This document shows positions 8,440 to 13,874 of a DNA stretch of 13,874 nt, one piece after another. The notes under the pieces were generated by a model, which was given only the letters and a program-made list of their open reading frames with translations, was not told the origin of the DNA and made no database searches. Each line of letters begins with the position of its first letter. Within the stretch, counting starts at the first letter, position 1. The position numbers and the translations under genes are program-made. Source of the DNA: a virus (taxonomy: Duplodnaviria > Heunggongvirae > Uroviricota > Caudoviricetes); the IMG/VR virus record IMGVR_UViG_2695420589_000012. One strand, 5' to 3'.

Positions 8440-8681
8440 CAGCGCAGCACCTCCTGCACCAGTTTTTCAAACTTTCCGACTCTGGTTTCCAGCTCTGCCA
8501 CACAGTCCACCAGCTCATCTACTGCTTTCTGTGCGCGATGCTTCGCCTGCATCAGTTCCCGAAGCGCGGGTACCATATCTTTACGGATAGCGTCTTTTGT
8601 TATGCCCGTTTTTTCGAGTTGTTCAGCATGACGCAGCATTTCCTGCGCGTGTTTACGCAATTGTTCAGGGGTAAAAGTCAT
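8439..8681 (-). CDS. Hypothetical small helical/coiled-coil phage protein (nin-region), about 80 aa
   Basis: ORF MTFTPEQLRKHAQEMLRHAEQLEKTG ... VGKFEKLVQEVLR; its stop TGA overlaps the rusA ATG. The track start at 8696 is a TTG; the first ATG is at 8681. No strong SD, function unknown. Confidence 0.5.
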   Translation of the reverse strand: MTFTPEQLRKHAQEMLRHAEQLEKTGITKDAIRKDMVPALRELMQAKHRAQKAVDELVDCVAELETRVGKFEKLVQEVLR

Positions 8682-8816
8682 TGTCTGGTTGTTCAAAAGA
8701 AACGCTCCATCTTACTGCTGTCAGTTCGTTTATTACTGTATCTGCGCGGATTGCCGGGCTTCATGGGAGTGGAAAGCACCCGTGCACTTTCCTGGTCCAC
8801 AGGCAGAAAATGTCCG

Positions 8817-8973
8817 TAGACTGGCCCCCTGAATCTCCAGACAACCAGTATCACTTAAATAAGTGATAGTCTTAATACTAGTTTTTAGACTAGTCATTGG
8901 AGTACAGATGATTGATGTCTTAGGGCCGGAGAAACGCAGACGGCGTACCACACAGGAAAAGATCGCAATTGTG
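8817..8973 (+). mobile_element. IS2 left end (IRL plus first about 22 codons of orfA/insC), truncated by the IS21-family element
   Basis: TAGACTGGCCCCCTGAATCTCCAGACAACCAGTATCACTTAAATAAGTGATAGTCTTAATACTAG ... ATGATTGATGTCTTAGGGCCGGAGAAACGCAGACGG matches the IS2 left terminus and the InsC N-terminus [22 protein letters not shown] as recalled. Homology stops after ...GCAATTGTG (about 8973). Confidence 0.8.
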
Positions 8974-9030
8974 TCAACGCCACGATGTTTGACCGTTATT
9001 TGCCATTTTCATGCCCGCTAAATACTTTCG

Positions 9031-10616
<1,586 letters not shown>

Positions 10617-11675
10617 TTATGCTTTCCACTTCAGAACACCCGAATTTCTCGCGTGCATTAAAAAACGAATCAGCAACAACAGCTGACTGCCGTGTTTCTC
10701 TTCAAAATCTTTTACTCCGGCATGTAGTTCGTTACGGCATTTACGGCATAACGGAATAACAAACAAATCATCAGCCTTTGTTCCCATCCCTCCCAGTCCA
10801 TGACCAATGATGTGATGCGGATCATCTGCCTGATTGCCACACGTCATGCATTTCTGCGTTTTTACCCAGCGCGTGTATACAGGCATCTCTTCCCGTTGTG
10901 ATTTCTGGCGCTGGAGATACTGAGCCGGTGACTCCGGATCAACGGCAATGCTGACCACCGTCTTTTCCTGTGGTGGGTTCTGTTGCTGGTGGACGTGAGG
11001 CAGTAACGCAATATTTTTTGTGCGCTGCTTCAGTATGCTGGTGGCTGTCTGCTCTCCCGGTATGATGTCGCTTTCACTGTACACAGAGCGAATTTTTTCC
11101 GCACGCAACCCCAGCGAACGACGTAATACCGCTTCCGGTAGCGCGTCCGCCACCTGATTGCGGACCGCCCACCAGGATAATTCAGCCAGAGATAATTCAC
11201 GCTCCTGCGTACCGCTTATTGCGTGACCGATGACGTCAATCATCCATGCTGACAGGTTTTGATGAGCAAGTTGCTCGAGTGATTCGGATGTCTGGTCACG
11301 CAGCTGGTTGTCGCAGTGCCAGCACAACACCATTGCGCCGGTACCATAACGGTGAATGACGGTTTCGCTGTGATGATAATCGCCGTGTGGCCACTGGCAG
11401 GATTTAATATGGCGCAACAGCCAGTCAGACAATGCACCAGCACCACCAGCAGCACGAATCACCCGTGCGTTACTGAAAAACGGCAGCAATGTTTTGTCTT
11501 CCACCAGCGGCTGGCGAGCGGCAGGAACGACCCCGGACGGCAGATTACGCATGCTTTTTGGTTCCGGCTCCACCAGTATTCTGCCGTTATGGAATGCTGA
11601 CATTGATTCACGGCCTGGCTTAACGATAACCAGACCGAGTTCCGGTACCAGAACAGGTCGAAGTAATACCCGCAC
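10617..11675 (-). CDS. Prophage DUF968-like protein with C-terminal HNH-type zinc-finger nuclease motif; N-terminus probably continues into the mask
   Basis: C-terminus CMTCGNQADDPHHIIGHGLGGMGTKADDLFVIPLCRKCRNELHAGVKDF shows a CxxC ... HH ... CxxC ... H arrangement. Position upstream of rusA/Q matches ydfU-like genes of lambdoid prophages. The visible start is a GTG 3 nt from the mask edge. Confidence 0.6.
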   Translation of the reverse strand: MRVLLRPVLVPELGLVIVKPGRESMSAFHNGRILVEPEPKSMRNLPSGVVPAARQPLVEDKTLLPFFSNARVIRAAGGAGALSDWLLRHIKSCQWPHGDYHHSETVIHRYGTGAMVLCWHCDNQLRDQTSESLEQLAHQNLSAWMIDVIGHAISGTQERELSLAELSWWAVRNQVADALPEAVLRRSLGLRAEKIRSVYSESDIIPGEQTATSILKQRTKNIALLPHVHQQQNPPQEKTVVSIAVDPESPAQYLQRQKSQREEMPVYTRWVKTQKCMTCGNQADDPHHIIGHGLGGMGTKADDLFVIPLCRKCRNELHAGVKDFEEKHGSQLLLLIRFLMHARNSGVLKWKA

Positions 11676-12577
11676 ATTNNNNNNNNNNNNNNNNNNNNNN
11701 NNNNNNNNNNNNNNNNNNNNNNNNNNNNNNNNNNNNNNNNNNNNNNNNNNNNNNNNNNNNNNNNNNNNNNNNNNNNNNNNNNNNNNNNNNNNNNNNNNNN
11801 NNNNNNNNNNNNNNNNNNNNNNNNNNNNNNNNNNNNNNNNNNNNNNNNNNNNNNNNNNNNNNNNNNNNNNNNNNNNNNNNNNNNNNNNNNNNNNNNNNNN
11901 NNNNNNNNNNNNNNNNNNNNNNNNNNNNNNNNNNNNNNNNNNNNNNNNNNNNNNNNNNNNNNNNNNNNNNNNNNNNNNNNNNNNNNNNNNNNNNNNNNNN
12001 NNNNNNNNNNNNNNNNNNNNNNNNNNNNNNNNNNNNNNNNNNNNNNNNNNNNNNNNNNNNNNNNNNNNNNNNNNNNNNNNNNNNNNNNNNNNNNNNNNNN
12101 NNNNNNNNNNNNNNNNNNNNNNNNNNNNNNNNNNNNNNNNNNNNNNNNNNNNNNNNNNNNNNNNNNNNNNNNNNNNNNNNNNNNNNNNNNNNNNNNNNNN
12201 NNNNNNNNNNNNNNNNNNNNNNNNNNNNNNNNNNNNNNNNNNNNNNNNNNNNNNNNNNNNNNNNNNNNNNNNNNNNNNNNNNNNNNNNNNNNNNNNNNNN
12301 NNNNNNNNNNNNNNNNNNNNNNNNNNNNNNNNNNNNNNNNNNNNNNNNNNNNNNNNNNNNNNNNNNNNNNNNNNNNNNNNNNNNNNNNNNNNNNNNNNNN
12401 NNNNNNNNNNNNNNNNNNNNNNNNNNNNNNNNNNNNNNNNNNNNNNNNNNNNNNNNNNNNNNNNNNNNNNNNNNNNNNNNNNNNNTCCCCTGTTCGGGGT
12501 CCATCCCTCTTCTCCCTGCGCGCTACTTAAGTATTTTTGATTCTATTCCGGCACCATCTAAAACTTCAAACGCGTTG

Positions 12578-12609
12578 AAAATAAAAACAAAAACCCGCCG
12601 AAGCGGGTT
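12578..12609 (-). terminator. Intrinsic terminator downstream of hok
   Basis: Minus strand AACCCGC-uucg-GCGGGUUUUUGUUUUUAUUUU: GC-rich stem, tetraloop and long U-tract, about 70 nt after the hok stop. Confidence 0.55.
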
Positions 12610-12677
12610 AAGTGTGGGTGCATTGAGGATGCCTGACCCATCAGAGGTGGCGAGGGATTTCTCCCCCGCCTGGTCTC

Positions 12678-12833
12678 TTACTCCTCAGGTTCGTAAGCTG
12701 TGAAGACAGCGACCTCCGTCTGGCCGGTTCGAATTCGTACCTCGCAGAGGTCTTTCCTCGTTACCAGTGCCGTCACTATGACGGTTAAACAGATGACGAT
12801 CAGGGCGATTAACATCGCCTTTTGCTGCTTCAT
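12678..12833 (-). CDS. hok: Hok/Gef-family type I toxin (HokD/RelF-like), 51 aa
   Basis: MKQQKAMLIALIVICLTVIVTALVTRKDLCEVRIRTGQTEVAVFTAYEPEE: single TM helix plus conserved Cys periplasmic tail, matching HokD/RelF as I recall it. SD AAGGAG lies 7 nt upstream of the ATG. The track ORF (to 12890) is an in-frame 19-codon upstream extension. Confidence 0.85.
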   Translation of the reverse strand: MKQQKAMLIALIVICLTVIVTALVTRKDLCEVRIRTGQTEVAVFTAYEPEE

Positions 12834-13044
12834 AGCCTGCTTCTCCTTGCCTTTCGGCACGTAAGAGGCTAACCTAGATTTGCCGTTCATAGATTGAGCC
12901 TCAGATTAATGTTAAGCGTCTTGCCGGACGCGTAATGTTAACTGGGGCTTTTCTCTATCTGCCTTTTGGTGTTCATGCCTGAGACAGATAGCCTCAAGCA
13001 CCCGCTGCAATTCTACTTAACTCTCCTTTTCCCGCAAACCGTTT

Positions 13045-13128
13045 TTATCCCCAGCGGCAAATCGAATACACCACCAGCGCCACCGCCATCGCAATTCCTA
13101 CCGTTGTTAATGCTTCAGGCCAGGTCAT
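13045..13128 (-). CDS. Candidate 27-aa single-TM peptide, translationally coupled to the upstream gene
   Basis: ATG overlaps the stop of the 114-aa gene (ATGA). Product [27 protein letters not shown]; GGAGG lies about 10 nt upstream. Short ORF, so it could be fortuitous. Confidence 0.3.
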   Translation of the reverse strand: MTWPEALTTVGIAMAVALVVYSICRWG

Positions 13129-13469
13129 CGTAAAATATCCTCCACGCTTATCAGTCCGTTCCGCTCCAGATAACTCATCGCCTTATCCGGTAATTTGCAG
13201 TCTGGCTTCGCTTTCCTCAGTTGCCAGGTTAACTGCTTTACCAGCATGGTTAACTCATCGACCAGACGCTGATATCCCACTGGTTTGTATTCATGCAATT
13301 TACCGGCTGGCTCTGCTGCCAGCGATACCAGTGCGATTTCCAGAACAGCAATATCCATCTTATATGTGCGGATGATGTCATGGTCGATTGTGCCCGGTAT
13401 GCACAGTCTCTGTGCTTCAATAGTCTCCTCTGCGTGAGCTATTAACTGCTCTCTGGTAAAAGTCGTCAT
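13125..13469 (-). CDS. Hypothetical phage early-region protein, 114 aa
   Basis: [25 protein letters not shown] ... ISVEDILR; SD GAAGGGG upstream; start overlaps the stop of the 55-aa gene (ATGA). Shares N-terminal and mid-sequence motifs with the 55-aa protein. Confidence 0.6.
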   Translation of the reverse strand: MTTFTREQLIAHAEETIEAQRLCIPGTIDHDIIRTYKMDIAVLEIALVSLAAEPAGKLHEYKPVGYQRLVDELTMLVKQLTWQLRKAKPDCKLPDKAMSYLERNGLISVEDILR

Positions 13470-13633
13470 GCCGTAGCCCCTTCTTGATATTTTTCAAACC
13501 AGAACACAACCGGCTCTGCTTCCAGCGATGCCAGCGCAATCCGTGCCAGTTCCATTTGTTCACCACGGGTAAGCCCGTTTTCAAGCGGGTTTTTAATGAA
13601 CAATTCAATACGTTCTTTGGTAATAGTGGTCAT
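13466..13633 (-). CDS. Hypothetical small phage protein, 55 aa (below the ORF-track size cutoff)
   Basis: ATG at 13633 preceded by the strong SD TAAGGAG at 7-nt spacing. Product [55 protein letters not shown]; stop overlaps the next ATG. Confidence 0.6.
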   Translation of the reverse strand: MTTITKERIELFIKNPLENGLTRGEQMELARIALASLEAEPVVFWFEKYQEGATA

Positions 13634-13643
13634 GTGTTACTCC

Positions 13644-13874
13644 TTAACCCGCAGTGCTTTCAACTGATGAGGGGAACAAAATCTTTTCATCAAACCCTGC
13701 ATTCATATCATGAACAGCAACACACCAATCCATCGACGAACGATTATCAAGAGCCTCCATGATTTCATCCATGCGGCGTAGGTCATACAGGTAAATGCTT
13801 TTATCGCCAATGGTGTAAAAGCCAATTTTTTTCGGTGATGGATGAGGTGTACTGGCAATAGCGGACACTACCAT
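13644..13874 (-). CDS. Hypothetical protein, probably 5'-truncated by the window edge
   Basis: ORF open to the window end (first in-window codon is ATG at 13874-13872), ending 10 nt before the SD of the 55-aa gene. Visible product ...YTIGDKSIYLYDLRRMDEIMEALDNRSSMDWCVAVHDMNAGFDEKILFPSSVESTAG. Confidence 0.45.
   Translation of the reverse strand: MVVSAIASTPHPSPKKIGFYTIGDKSIYLYDLRRMDEIMEALDNRSSMDWCVAVHDMNAGFDEKILFPSSVESTAG

Noticed and set aside
8431-8951. Plus-strand and small minus-strand ORFs around rusA and the IS2 end (8431-8631 +, 8538-8819 +, 8681-8866 +, 8733-8951 -)
   Set aside because: They are antisense to rusA and the 85-aa gene or run across the IS2 terminal repeat; no independent support.

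Overview
This window is a fragment of a lambdoid prophage of the Escherichia/Shigella type, with essentially every credible gene on the minus strand, and I could not identify a clearly novel system with confidence; the best candidate is the accessory (moron) interval between the tRNA cluster and nanS-p. About 24% of the window is N-masked in six blocks (103-333, 1624-2008, 2906-3892, 4053-4228, 6471-7248 with a 7-nt island, 11679-12485), so several genes are only partly visible and the long 'X' ORFs in the track are artefacts. Read 5'->3' on the minus strand (high to low coordinates) the order is: a chain of small early-region genes, a Hok-family toxin with a terminator, a DUF968/HNH-like protein, a nested IS insertion (IS2 5' fragment interrupted by a 5'-truncated IS21-family istA-istB element), a small protein, RusA, a Q-like antiterminator, a DNA N6-adenine methyltransferase, three rare-codon tRNAs (CAU, UCG, UCU), an accessory interval, a NanS-p-like SGNH esterase, a phage-21-type pinholin and a low-GC gene in the endolysin position. 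This is the architecture of Stx-converting and related phages, but no stx sequence is visible. The accessory interval is where stxAB sits in Stx phages; here it holds a low-GC ORF whose codon usage matches the adjacent phage tRNAs, followed by a terminator, a candidate promoter, a perfect 12-bp hairpin and an overlapping gene junction leading into masked sequence. All protein identifications are from recalled family sequences and motifs, not from database searches.
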